A DNA stretch of 64,000 bases from Macrostomum lignano (Eukaryota): NCBI GenBank assembly GCA_002269645.1, contig NIVC01001391.1, positions 62,001 through 126,000 of the forward strand, in the 5' to 3' direction. Position numbers and translations under genes: made by a program. Position 1 is the stretch's first letter. Each line of letters starts with the position of its first letter. Under the pieces are notes generated by a model. It did not search any database and was not told where the DNA came from. It saw nothing but the letters and a program-made list of their open reading frames with translations. Positions 22,529 through 33,553 of this stretch are shown piece by piece.

Positions 22529-23152
22529 ATGAATAAATCGCGCTGCCCTTCATATGTGTACGAGGTATGCATTTCCTGCAACTCATGTGAGCTCGGTGGC
22601 TTAAAACGTCACAAAATGAAAAGCAGCTGCAATGTCAGTCGCTGGATGCTTTGCCACGAGTGCCAGACGCGTGAGCTCTTTAATGTGCGCCAGCAAGTTC
22701 GAGCTCATAAAAACCACATCGTTATTAACTGGAGCTCACCTGGAGATTTAAAAAAAGCCCGCTTTGCTGCCTTGGAGGCTGCCCAGCGTCAAGAGCAGCT
22801 CAACATTATCGAGCGCAGTCGAGCACCGGTCAGCGCACTCAGCCAGACAATTCAGGGCGTCTTTCAGCAGCCTGGTGAAGATTTTCAGCACGCTACCGAC
22901 GCAAACTTTGATCTGCTTGCCGCTGCACTTGCCGCTGTGGAGCAGCAATCAGATTTTTTTGGTTCAACCGCTGCGCCAGCTGCTGATGCCGGCCTCCCAG
23001 CTGACGATTCCACTGGTTTTGCAGCTCCTTCGGAGTTGGATACTGCCTTCTTCGAGGATATCGAGTTGGAGCCTGTTAAGCTGAGCAGCAACAGATGCCA
23101 CCCTACAGGCCTGTTCCAGTCGCAGGAAAAAATATGGAGCAAGCCAGAATGA
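22529..23152 (+). CDS. Hypothetical 207-aa protein: Cys/His-rich N-terminus, acidic C-terminus
   Basis: CISCNSC and CHEC motifs; TATAAG about 100 bp upstream; acidic tail ELDTAFFEDIELE. Confidence 0.6.
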   Translation: MNKSRCPSYVYEVCISCNSCELGGLKRHKMKSSCNVSRWMLCHECQTRELFNVRQQVRAHKNHIVINWSSPGDLKKARFAALEAAQRQEQLNIIERSRAPVSALSQTIQGVFQQPGEDFQHATDANFDLLAAALAAVEQQSDFFGSTAAPAADAGLPADDSTGFAAPSELDTAFFEDIELEPVKLSSNRCHPTGLFQSQEKIWSKPE

Positions 23153-23355
23153 TGGCAGAAGCAAGCCTATCCGATCTCCTGCGAGAATTCGAACCTCCTA
23201 CTCCACCGGCCGCACCAGAAATCCAAACCGGTGACATCCCAGTCGTAGAAGCCATGCCACCGATGCCACCGTCAGTCTGCATTCAGCTGGTACTACCGAG
23301 CAGAGTCGAGGGCGAGTATTTTATTGACCTTGGGGAGGAACTCGCATTCGCTTAA
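23149..23355 (+). CDS. Hypothetical 68-aa acidic/Pro-rich protein
   Basis: ATG at 23149 overlaps the TGA of the upstream ORF (ATGA). Confidence 0.45.
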   Translation: MMAEASLSDLLREFEPPTPPAAPEIQTGDIPVVEAMPPMPPSVCIQLVLPSRVEGEYFIDLGEELAFA

Positions 23356-26300
23356 GCAGCTCTTAAAGTGTCCCAGTTCAAAGTATTTAAAAGTAGGGGA
23401 AACGAGATTTGTAGATTTTTAGGAAAAAACCAATGCATTCTACCCAGCATAAATATTAACTAATTACGTTGCACCTCATCGTGCTCATACAGGTTTCTCA
23501 TTAATATCCTAAACAAAGTGAAAAAGAAAATCATTTAGGCTTACTATTTAAACTTATTCTTATAATAAAGCTTTAATAAGCAGCTTTAATTAGTAGGATG
23601 ACTAACGAGCATGATTTTTGCATTGCGAAATGCTTTACCAGAAATATAATGGATTGATGGTTGCTTTTAATGAAAGCTTTTGCACTTTCTTGGACTTTGT
23701 TGAATTCATTACTTGTTTTTTTCAACCATGAATATCTTGGAAGAAGTTATAGGTTCACTCGCTTATAGAATTACCGTTAGGTTCACAGCATCTATTCAAC
23801 TCTATGAGTATAATATGGGATTGATGATCTATGATACCCAATGTTTAGAATGACATGAATTTGGTTTGTCAAGCATGACTTTGGTTAGATTCAATTTCTG
23901 CTCCATAGAGCTCTGAATGCTGGAAATTTATCACTCCACTACATCTCTGACAGAATTGCTCTTGGGTTAAATTTATCAAACAACACTTTTACACTGGAAT
24001 TTCAGCAGCATTGAGTTCTTCACTAATGTCGCTCTATTTCTAATATTAATCTCTGCAATGGCCACCTCATCGAGTCAAGAGGACGAGCCGGTGGACCCAG
24101 CTGTCAGCCACGAATTTGGACCGAGTGGTAAGTTTTTTCATTCCATTGCTGGTTTTATGAACTCATGCATTTCTGTTTGTTGCATTCCTGTCTCTTAGCA
24201 ACGGAATTATTTATATTTTTCTCGCCTACACAACAATTCCCAAATGGTTCCCAACAGGATTAAGCCGGAGAACTCACAATAATGAGACATTTTTATTCCT
24301 CATTAGATGAATTGACAAAAATGCGAAAGCAGAACTCCATCTATTTCTTCAATAATAACTCTTCAAATTCTTTTTTTACACTTATACGTAGCTCGTATTG
24401 TTTAATAAAAAAATATTAAATCTAGATATAAGGTAGTAGGATAAATAGTATACTCGTAAGTGTAAAAAAGGGCAATAAAATGTTCGACTTCCATAACTCC
24501 CAGAGACATTTCTCATCATTTCCACTTTCCATTAATATTTTTAATACTATCTTCCCTTCTTCAATTGTAGGACCTTCATTCACCCTGGCGTTAAAAACCA
24601 GCGCTCACGAAGATGTTCTTCAAGTTCATCGATTTACACCTGGAGCTGCCACTGAAACATTCGAGTTTCTCTCGATTTCTGCAAAATCGCAGTACAGCAG
24701 TGTCTTGAAATCCGCTTCGACTCTTCGGATAATTGCTCTGTTAAAGCTCAGATCAAACTGAATTTGCGCATGGTCAGAGTGCAGGCGTCAGAAGCTGTCA
24801 AGGGAGAGGATAAATGGATGAGCACACAACTCGGATTGATGGTAGATATACAGGAGTTTGATGATTGGTGGAGACAGCAGTTTACAGAGCTGGAGCGCAA
24901 AGTCGATGTCTACAACACCAACGGTAGTGGCTGGATAATTGAAAAAATTAATTTTTTTGAACTTTACTTATCTCTCGTCGAACGAGTTTCCCCGAGTTAC
25001 TACACGGGGCATGCTGCGGAATTTATTCTACCGACTCCACTTCTTCGGAAGAAGGCGGTTATTTGTCCTCCAAGCAATGGTGTAAATTGCTTCCTTTACG
25101 CATGCCTTGCTTTTCTACACAAGGAAGACAACAAAATAAAGAAATCAGCGCAACGCGAGTCTTCCTACACTGACTGGCTGGATGAACCTAACATGAGTGG
25201 AATTGACTTGCCAATCAATGTCACCGACCTTTCCATTGTTGAGAGACTGAACCCGAGACTTTGCTTCACGGTTTTCATCTGGGAGAAAGAGAGCGCTCAA
25301 GTCCTCCGCTTGCCTACTGCAGCTACAATGAAAGATCGAGAAGTTGTTCTACTCTTATTTATTCCATCATCAGAAGACGAGGCCTCGGGTCATTGGTGTG
25401 CTGTTTCAAGCATCAACAGGCTTCTTAATAGCAAGGCATCTCTGCATCGGCGGAAGTGGTGTGAGCGCTGCTTGCTGCCCTTTCATAGTGATGCAGCCTT
25501 TGAAGAACACAGCCGAGCTCCTTGTCAACCTGGAGTGATCAACGTAAAGGAAGAGTTGCCGGATGAAAGGAATAATATTCTCCGATTCTCATCATGGGAA
25601 AAGACAATTAGTCCGCCATTCGTTGTTTACGCCGACTTCGAAGCATTGAATGCTCCATGCCAAGAAGATTCTATTGCTGGTATAGCAACGAAGAAGTTAA
25701 CTGAGCACATTGCTGTTGCTGCTGGCTACATCGTGCTGCACATAGAAGGGATGACTGGTCTAGCGCCCAGAGGAGCGGATGATAAAGTGAGCACTTTTGT
25801 CAGCGACGATCCTAATAAGTGCATTTCCGATTTCCTGCAATCGCTGGAGAAGCTCGCTCGTGAAGTTTACGGCTGGAACACGGAGTTCAGTCGACAAGCA
25901 GCGATAAGAACAGAGATGGCAGGGCGACAGTTTAGAGAAGCCACAGCTTGCTGCTATTGTGGAAGCGAATTCACGGAAGGGTCCAATAAACATTGGGATC
26001 ACGACCACCTCAGCGGAGAATTTCGGGGAGCTGCGTGTGCTGATTGTAATATGAAGGCCAGACTAAAGAGGTCTTTCCTTCCCGTCGTGTTCCACAATTT
26101 CAAGGGGTACGATCTCCATCTCATGATGTCATCCGCTTTGGGTCTGATGGAGGGTTGGAAAATCTCCGTCATCCCTCTGAATCCAGAGCAGTTTCTGTCG
26201 ATGAAAATCGAATTTAAAATCGGCGAGTATGAGAGTGAGGGCAAGATCAAGCCCCTAAATTTTACTATTCAGTTCATTGATTCGAATCAATTTCTTAATT

Positions 26301-27306
26301 CCAGCCTCTCACAGCTCATCAAAAATTTACCAGAGGCTGAATGTCGTATCACTAGTCGCCTACGCAGCAGATTCCCACTGCTATCATCCGAAGTGCTTTT
26401 CAGCAAGGGAGTTTTCCCGTATGACTATCTTAAAAATTCAGACGTGCTGAAGGATGCCGTGCTTCCCAGCCAAGAGAGCTTCTACAATGCTCTGACTAAG
26501 AGCCACTGCACCAACTCTGACTATGAGCATGCTCAACGCGCCTGGCGAGAATTTCAGGTTTCAAATCTAAAAGAATACATGCTGTGCTACCTCGAGCTCG
26601 ACATCAGGCAGTTAGCTGATATTTTTGAAAATTTTCGCAAGATCAGCATGCAAGAGGATGGCCTTGATCCAGTCCATTTTATTTCGACACCAGGCCTATC
26701 ATTCGCTTCGGCATTGAAATCCATCAAGTCAGGGATTGAACTGCTAACAGATGCGCAGATGTATTCGCTGTTTGAGCGCGGCATTCGCGGCGGCATGTCG
26801 TTTGTTAACATCCACAAAGTGCAGGCTACCTCAGAAGCGGGCGCCAGTACTGGTGTTGACAGCAATGAGGATGTTGATGGTGGCACTCCTACTATTCATG
26901 CTGGCCTCACCGAGCTTCTTGCTGTGGATGCAAACAACCTGTATGGACAGGCGCTCACTATGAACTTACCAGTCGGAGGATTCCGTTGGCTGGACGATGA
27001 TGAGCTGCTTTTGTGGACTGAAGATCGCATTCGAGGACTCAAGCTAACCGATCCACTCGCCTACCTCTTTGATGTTGACCTTGAGTATCTCCCAGAGATT
27101 CACGAAACCACCGAAGACCTGCCATTTGCGCCGGAAAAGGCTGCCCCGAATTTCAGGGAATTTCCTGCATACATGCAGCAGCTGCGGGAAAAGGTCGATA
27201 CGGAGAACTCCATCTATCACCCGACAGAGAAGCTGATGCTCACTTGTCACGATAAGCCTTCCCATGTGGTTCATTCCTCTATTTTGGCGTTCTACCTGAA
27301 CCATGG

Positions 27307-27467
27307 TGTTGTGTTGCGACACAGAAGTCTTATGTTTCCAGATGCTTGTATGGATATAGAGCAGCTGTGTAGTTATAAGTGCTCTTTAACACTCGTTTAT
27401 TAGTCGTGTCCATAGACATAAATCAAACACACAGAGAATGAGTCTATGAGTCTATCATAACATAACA
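27307..27467 (-). repeat. 3' LTR of the gypsy element (161 bp)
   Basis: Appears identical to 31724-31884; adjacent polypurine tract GAAGAAGGGAGA on the minus strand (27468-27479). Confidence 0.97.
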
Positions 27468-27554
27468 TCTCCCTTCTTCAGAGGGATTCCTATGTGTAAG
27501 TAAAATAAATCCTCTTTCCGGAAGTTCTGTTCTACACTGACACCTTTTCATTAG

Positions 27555-30020
27555 TCAATGTGCCTGAAATCGCACGACTGGCTTCACCACACGTCCACTC
27601 CGTGTTGTATAGCCATTTGTCGTCCTAGGTGACTGACATTGTTGTGCATTAGGTGCTTGTGCTGATGGTTTGCTGCCTATATTTTCCTCCACTGCTTCGT
27701 GCTTATCCGGTTGACTTTGAGAAGCTTTCAGTGGTGCGGTAGTTTCCTTTCCGAATGCGTCTTCAAGGGTTTCTCTTTGTGGAACAGCGATTTCTTCTGC
27801 TGCTCCAGTCCGTTGAGTCAAAAACGATTTGTTCCGACGTAGTAGCTTTCCTTGTTCATCGCGAACTATATAAGAACGGTCATTCACTCTCATGTGCACT
27901 TCTGCTGGCTGCCATCGTCGTGTTGATTCTTGCATCCAAACCTTTTCTCCACAACCAAATTCTCTCCTCTCCTTAGATCCACGGTTGTAATATTCTTCGG
28001 CCTTGTTCTGCTGGTCCTTTAGCTTCTGCAGTACTTTCCTGGACATGACCTGTCTAGGAATTAGATCTGCTTTTGGGATCGGCAAATCATAGCGCAGTTT
28101 GTGTCCAAAGACTAGCTCAGCGGGTGATGGCATTCCATGCTCGATAGGAGTGTTCTTGTAATGCAGCAGTGCCATGTGCTCGCCTTCATTGCTCTTCAGA
28201 ACCTTCTTTAAAATATTCTTGATCGTTTGAACGCCTCTTTCCGCTAATCCGTTGGACTGGCTGTACTTCGGCGATGATGTAGCATGCTTGAAGCCGTACT
28301 CTTTCGCGAAACGACCAAATTCTCTTCCCGAGAATGGAGGTCCATTGTCAGATCTTAAAATCTCGCAAACTCCATAGGTCTGGAAATACTTCTTTAGTTG
28401 GGGAATCACAGAGGCAGCTGAAGTATTGTTGATCCTAGCGTATTCGATCATCCGACTGTATTTATCAACATATATCAGGAAATTCTTCCCGTCAATATGG
28501 AAAATATCCGTGCCACATTCCTGAAATGGGTAGTCCGGTAGGCACTGAGCCACCATCGGTTCCTTCTGTGGCTTTCTTTGGCTTTCCTGGCAGGCAATGC
28601 ACGCTGAAGTCATTTCTTGAATATCACATCTAATTCCAGGCCAGTAGACGCTCTCTGACGCCTTTAAGCTTGCCTTCACAATTCCAGGGTGTCCAGTATG
28701 CAGCTTCTGTAGCACTTCCATTCTCATTGAGTTTGGAACGACTATTCGGTTCTTCATCCAGATCAGATTGCCATGCGCAGTCAGATCATGTCTGACGTTC
28801 CAGAAACAACGAAGCTCAGTCACGAGCTGGCTTCTGTGGTGAGGCCAACCAACACCGATGATCTCAGCGAGTTGTTGCAGTGTTGAGTCCTTTGCCGTTT
28901 CATTTTCCAGTTTCTGCATTAGTTCTGGGAATCCAACCGACATTCTAACACCGAGCACGTGACCTTCGATGTCATCTTCGAGTTGTTTAGAGGCATGTAC
29001 GTTCTTTAAGAAAGCGCGGCTTAGAGTGTCTGGAATGTGCAAGTCTTTACCGGGAACGTATATAATGTGCAGGTCGTACTTCTGAACTAGTAGCATCAGT
29101 CTCTGCAATCTTGCTGTAAGAGTTGAAATTGGCTTCCGGAAGATGTTCTCTAGCGGCTTGTGGTCGCTCTCGACCGTTACCTTGTGTCCCCAGACGTACT
29201 GGTGGAATCGCTTGCAGCCAAACACAATAGCCAAAAGTTCCTTTTCGATCTGAGCATACTTCCGTTGGGATGGCGTCAGTGATGACGAAGCGTATTCCAG
29301 CGGGTGTCCATCTTGCAGGATAGTTGCTCCGAGACCGTGTTGACTAGCATCGACTGACAGAGTAAGTGGTGCATTCGGGTTATAGCGAGCTAAGACTGGT
29401 GCGTCGCAAAGACTCTGCAAAATTGATTCGTACGCTTTTTCGTGTTCATTTGTCCAGTTCCACTGAGCATTCTTCGTCAGCAATGTGCGTAGCGGTGCTG
29501 CCTTAGATGACAGATCCGAAATGAATTTGGACAAAAAATTTGCACATCCTAGAAATCGCATAAGTTGCTGCTTTCTCTCATTGCCGGATAGAGTATCTGG
29601 TCGGGGCATATCGCGCATTGCTTTTACTTTGTCTGGGTCGACTTTAATTCCGGTGTGCGAAAGTATGTTGCCGAGGAATTTCAATTCCTTCAATCCGACT
29701 TTCCGCTTTTTATAATTCAGGCGCAAATTCTTTGCACGGCACATTTCCATAAGCTGCTTCACAGCTTCATCGTGTTCTTCAACAGTCTTGCCCCAAACAA
29801 TGAAGTCGTCAATAAAATTGTTGCAGTTTCTGATCTTGTCCGAGATCTCCTCCCGAACTCGCTTCTGGTAGACTTCCGATGCGGAACAAATTCCATAGGG
29901 CATTCTCAGCCAACGATATCGTCCAAAAGGTGTGTGAAAGCACGTCATCAACGAACTTTCATAATCCAATGCAATCTGGTGAAAACTCGCAGTCGCATCA
30001 AAAGTTGAGAACAGAGCAGC
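27555..30020 (-). CDS. Gypsy pol: reverse transcriptase, RNase H, integrase
   Basis: FSTFDA..SFHQI, TPFGRYRWLRMPYG, FIDD, VDASQHGLG, YAQIEKELLA, SDHKPL, HTGH...CIAC, GTDIF, SDNGP, SNGLAER. Confidence 0.95.
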   Translation of the reverse strand, partial: AALFSTFDATASFHQIALDYESSLMTCFHTPFGRYRWLRMPYGICSASEVYQKRVREEISDKIRNCNNFIDDFIVWGKTVEEHDEAVKQLMEMCRAKNLRLNYKKRKVGLKELKFLGNILSHTGIKVDPDKVKAMRDMPRPDTLSGNERKQQLMRFLGCANFLSKFISDLSSKAAPLRTLLTKNAQWNWTNEHEKAYESILQSLCDAPVLARYNPNAPLTLSVDASQHGLGATILQDGHPLEYASSSLTPSQRKYAQIEKELLAIVFGCKRFHQYVWGHKVTVESDHKPLENIFRKPISTLTARLQRLMLLVQKYDLHIIYVPGKDLHIPDTLSRAFLKNVHASKQLEDDIEGHVLGVRMSVGFPELMQKLENETAKDSTLQQLAEIIGVGWPHHRSQLVTELRCFWNVRHDLTAHGNLIWMKNRIVVPNSMRMEVLQKLHTGHPGIVKASLKASESVYWPGIRCDIQEMTSACIACQESQRKPQKEPMVAQCLPDYPFQECGTDIFHIDGKNFLIYVDKYSRMIEYARINNTSAASVIPQLKKYFQTYGVCEILRSDNGPPFSGREFGRFAKEYGFKHATSSPKYSQSNGLAERGVQTIKNILKKVLKSNEGEHMALLHYKNTPIEHGMPSPAELVFGHKLRYDLPIPKADLIPRQVMSRKVLQKLKDQQNKAEEYYNRGSKERREFGCGEKVWMQESTRRWQPAEVHMRVNDRSYIVRDEQGKLLRRNKSFLTQRTGAAEEIAVPQRETLEDAFGKETTAPLKASQSQPDKHEAVEENIGSKPSAQAPNAQQCQSPRTTNGYTTRSGRVVKPVVRFQAH

Positions 30021-31642
30021 GTTCCGATTTCTGCAATAATTTCGTCATAAGACGGTATCTGATACTGCTCTCTCATTATGTTGGCATTCAGATGCTGAGG
30101 GTCTAGGCAAAGACGTATAGTCTTGTCTGCCTTCCAGACGACGACCACATTTGAAACGTACTTCGTGGGCTCATCACACTTGGTGATGAGTCCATCCGAA
30201 ACCAGGCGATCTAATTCAGCCTTCAAAGGTTGCATTGCTGCAAACGGGATTCTTCGAGGGCGATCCGTCCAAGATTCTTTGTCATCGCGCAGGCTGATGT
30301 GATAACTCCCAGGTAAGCAACCTGTTCCTTCAAAGACATCGGGATACTCTCGAAGAAATCTTTCATCTGTCCACGTGGACTTAAACCCTTCAGGTTGAAC
30401 AGAAACTCCGAAGTTGAATTTCACCAGGCCTATCTCTTCTGCAGTTTTCCATCCGATGAGTGGAATGAGCCTCTCTTTAATCACAATAAATTCATTTTCA
30501 TGCTTGACTCCTTCATATTCCAGTTTCAATTGTACCTTCCCTGCGACTGTTAGGCGCGACCTTTTATAGCAAAAGAGTCTGCAAGACGTTGCTTGTATCG
30601 ACGTGTTTGGTGCAATCCGCCTAAGCAGATGTTCAGGGAGTACATTTGCGTCCGCTCCTGTGTCGCATTTGCAATTCACCAGCTGACCTTCGATTTTGAT
30701 ACCAACAGTTGTTCTACTGTCTCTGTCGTTGCCACCCGGTCGCAGAGATGCTGACATGACCCACGAATCTTGACGATCAGATTCTGAGCTTTCATTTGTA
30801 TTTCGATCCAAGGCTCTTACGGTCTTATTCCGACAAACGTTGCTGAAGTGGTTTTGCTTTCCGCAAGATTTGCACGTCTTGCCATATGCAGGGCATGAAC
30901 CTTTCTTGTGTTTCTTACCACAGAATGAGCAACCCTCCGACTTTCCTACCATCGGCTTTCCATTGGACCCAAACCTTTTGTTCGGTCGTCTCTCCTTGTA
31001 CTTGAGATCTGGTCTGCCTGTTGAGCGAGGCTTCACAACAGAATTGACTTCTCTCTGGATGTATTTCGAAATCTCTCCGGAGGTGTTTCCCGTCATGATC
31101 CGCACTTGGGTCTTTGATGATTCACTTGCACGGCAGATAGATATAGCCTTATCTAGCGTCAACTCCTGCTCACGTAGAAGCCGTTCTCGCAACTCTGTGT
31201 CTCTGATTCCGAGGACAATCTGATCTCTGATTATTGATTCGTTCACCGTCAATTCGTAGGCTGGCTTCTCGAATGAGCATGTCTTGATAAGTTGTTTCAG
31301 GCCGCTGACGAATGAGTCAATGCTCTCATGCTCGTTCTGCCTGCGTTGCCGAAATTTGTAGCGCTCGAAAGTTTCGTTCGCACTCGGCTTGCAATATTCT
31401 TCGAACAGTTTCGTCACTTTTGACAGCTCTTCGTCTCCTTCCGATTTCTCGAAAGTTGAATAAATCTCACGACCTTCTTCTCCGATGGCTGTTAGCAGTG
31501 TCGCTATTTGCACTTTAGCCGGTGATTCGTCACGCTTTGTTGCAGTCATATAGAGCTCGAACGCAGAAATCCATTTACTCCAGTTTTCCGCCTTGTGCTC
31601 ATCAAAGCAGAATGGCTTTGGGGGTTTGAGCCCGCCATCCAT
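29948..31642 (-). CDS. Gypsy gag-protease and start of RT (continues into pol via a 1-bp frameshift near 30020)
   Basis: ATG at 31642; IRDQIVLG; zinc knuckles CSFCGKKHKKGSC and CKSCGKQNHFSNVC; protease CDTGAD; RLCLDPQHLN. Confidence 0.93.
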   Translation of the reverse strand: MDGGLKPPKPFCFDEHKAENWSKWISAFELYMTATKRDESPAKVQIATLLTAIGEEGREIYSTFEKSEGDEELSKVTKLFEEYCKPSANETFERYKFRQRRQNEHESIDSFVSGLKQLIKTCSFEKPAYELTVNESIIRDQIVLGIRDTELRERLLREQELTLDKAISICRASESSKTQVRIMTGNTSGEISKYIQREVNSVVKPRSTGRPDLKYKERRPNKRFGSNGKPMVGKSEGCSFCGKKHKKGSCPAYGKTCKSCGKQNHFSNVCRNKTVRALDRNTNESSESDRQDSWVMSASLRPGGNDRDSRTTVGIKIEGQLVNCKCDTGADANVLPEHLLRRIAPNTSIQATSCRLFCYKRSRLTVAGKVQLKLEYEGVKHENEFIVIKERLIPLIGWKTAEEIGLVKFNFGVSVQPEGFKSTWTDERFLREYPDVFEGTGCLPGSYHISLRDDKESWTDRPRRIPFAAMQPLKAELDRLVSDGLITKCDEPTKYVSNVVVVWKADKTIRLCLDPQHLNANIMREQYQIPSYDEIIAEIGTLLCSQLLMRLRVFTRLHWIMKVR

Positions 31643-31709
31643 TTGAATCCAGATCCAGTTGAGCACAGTACTGCGTTTGACAATTCAAATCCAGAGCTCT
31701 TCACAAGTG

Positions 31710-31723
31710 CACCTCTGACACCA
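31710..31723 (-). promoter_or_regulatory. Primer-binding site TGGTGTCAGAGGTG (tRNA-Leu-like)
   Basis: Immediately follows the 5' LTR on the minus strand; resembles the TGGTGTCAGAAGTG PBS of Mag-type elements. Confidence 0.8.
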
Positions 31724-31884
31724 TGTTGTGTTGCGACACAGAAGTCTTATGTTTCCAGATGCTTGTATGGATATAGAGCAGCTGTGTAGTTATAAGTGCT
31801 CTTTAACACTCGTTTATTAGTCGTGTCCATAGACATAAATCAAACACACAGAGAATGAGTCTATGAGTCTATCATAACATAACA
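31724..31884 (-). repeat. 5' LTR of the gypsy element (161 bp)
   Basis: Appears identical to 27307-27467. Confidence 0.97.
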
Positions 31885-32532
31885 CATGGAATGCGGGTTA
31901 GACGCATCAATCGCATGATTGAGTTTCACCAAGAGCCTCTCTTCGCTGCCTACGTCGAGAAAAATAGCCAGAAGCGGGCTGCAGCGAAAACCAACTTCGA
32001 AAAGGATTTCTACAAGTTAAAGAATAATGCGCTGTTCGGCAAAACTATGGAGAATGTGCGAAAACGGCGTGATATTCGAGTCTGCACCAACGTGGAAAAG
32101 GTAAAGGTACTGCTTGCCAAGCCGACAATTACCAATTTTATCATAATTACTGATTCACTAAGCGTTTTGGAACTGCAAAAGACAAAATTAAAGCTCGATC
32201 GGCCTATTTTTATCGGGCAATGCGTCCTAGACTTTTCGAAAATGATTAAAAAAATATAAAAAAATAAGTGAAAATCGATTCGAAGCAGATGAAATTGCTC
32301 TCAAAACAGCGATTTTAACGAGGTTTTTAAGTTTGGAAAATTTATTATTTTTAATACTTCAGCTCCAAATCCGTTAGCAAAGTTGGATTTTCAGGTCATT
32401 TCCATGTCATTTCAGGCGTATAAATCGAAATTACTTACTTTATTCATATAAAATGACTACCAATAATCAGTTTGTTAAGCACAAGTTATAAAATATGTCA
32501 GATTAAAAATTGATGGTTTATTTCCATTATCA

Positions 32533-32730
32533 ATGCGCTGTGCTACTAAAGTAATCATTAATCCCTACAAAAATCACAAAAAAATTATACACAAAAAGAC
32601 CATCAAAAACCACTTTTCTAGGAACAGCATTAAATATTAAGTCAGCTATAAAAAAACTACCACAGATCTTCTCCACTGGCAAATACCCAGGAGAACTTCA
32701 TATACCCTCATACAATTTCGCAGGTCACCA
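32533..32730 (+). pseudogene. Truncated N-terminus of a PLA2-like (parvovirus VP1u-type) Polinton gene; mirrored at about 37293-37490 (-)
   Basis: FLGTALNIKSAIKKLPQIFSTGKYPGELHIPSYNFAG, breaking off at the YxGP calcium loop. Confidence 0.65.
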
Positions 32731-33310
32731 TGTGGCCTCAGCGAGGAAGTCAATGTCCTTGCTAGTCATAGGACTTTAAGTCCGCGACCCTCGGTCGATT
32801 TCACTTAGCCAAAATTTATTTAGGAATTATGATATGTCCAAGTAAGGATTAAAATCATGAAGCATTTAAACTAACTGTAAATTAGCAGCTCCGCATGAAT
32901 ATAGCTGCAATTACTTTTAAATCAGTTATATAGTATTAAAGGTAGAAAACTGATGTAAGGACATACTTAATTCCGGTAATATACTTTTATTTAATCCAAC
33001 CGATTAAAATTTATTTTAATTCCAAAGAAGTTTAAAGGGTTCGTGGTTTTTTGCGTCTTGTACGATTAACTAAAGAATTTATGTTGAGAAAGCAACAGCT
33101 CTATGGATATAAGTGTACTCTCAATGATTTCTCGAAATTAATTATATTTACACGTACTATAGTCAATCGAGCAGTGGGCTCAGCAGTTGTAGCACGGACT
33201 TGATCAGCAGTTGCAGCACGGACTTGATATGGTGGTGGTGGTGATGGTGGTGGCGATTCTTCATTCTCCACAGCTGCCAAATACCGTACATTAGCTTCCA
33301 AATTGCGGAA

Positions 33311-33553
33311 CTAAATAACATAGCTCTGCATACTTTTACGCTTGGATAGGTTCTCCTTTAGCAGGGTTAAAAGAGATGTTTCCTTCTTAAATGACTGATG
33401 GACATCAGCTCCTTTAAGTCTAGCAATTAATGTTTCAGGATCTAGGCCAGCAAATAAAGTTGAAGGTAGAAGTATTCGAATCTTCCGCTCAGTTTCCTCA
33501 AATGCTTTTTTACGTTCCTTGTATCGCTTCCGCAGTTCTATTTCTGATGGCAT
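33311..33553 (-). CDS. Hypothetical 80-aa basic protein (inverted-repeat copy 1)
   Basis: ATG ORF, identical to 36471-36713. Confidence 0.45.
   Translation of the reverse strand: MPSEIELRKRYKERKKAFEETERKIRILLPSTLFAGLDPETLIARLKGADVHQSFKKETSLLTLLKENLSKRKSMQSYVI

Larger units (their letters stand above)
27307..31884 (-). mobile_element. Ty3/gypsy LTR retrotransposon (Mag-like), 4578 bp, full length
   Basis: TG...CA LTRs of 161 bp, 5-bp TSD CATGG (27302-27306 and 31885-31889), PBS, PPT, and gag-PR-RT-RH-IN order. Confidence 0.97.
18929..32259. mobile_element. Polinton/Maverick (adintovirus-like) remnant A: minor and major capsid, accessory ORFs, pPolB
   Basis: Capsid-like ORFs and a protein-primed PolB co-occur in a gene-dense AT-rich block. 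No packaging ATPase or protease was recognised and the ends are undefined. Confidence 0.8.
24058..32259 (+). pseudogene. Protein-primed DNA polymerase B of Polinton A: spliced (exon 24058-24127; intron 24128-24570), frameshift near 24670, interrupted by gypsy 27307-31884, truncated after about 32245
   Basis: NGSGW, CFLYA, VYADFE, WDHDHLSG, FHNFKGYD, FIDS, KGVFPYDY, GIRGG, DANNLYG, KLKNNALFGK. The frame is restored across the LTR element (NHG|MRVRR). Motif C and the C-terminus are absent. Confidence 0.92.

Noticed and set aside
22634-22660. LxCxE Rb-binding motif in the Cys-rich ORF
   Set aside because: The sequence is MLCHE, which does not fit LxCxE spacing.
29990-30030. Programmed gag-pol frameshift
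   Set aside because: Located inside RT after the protease, with no slippery heptamer.
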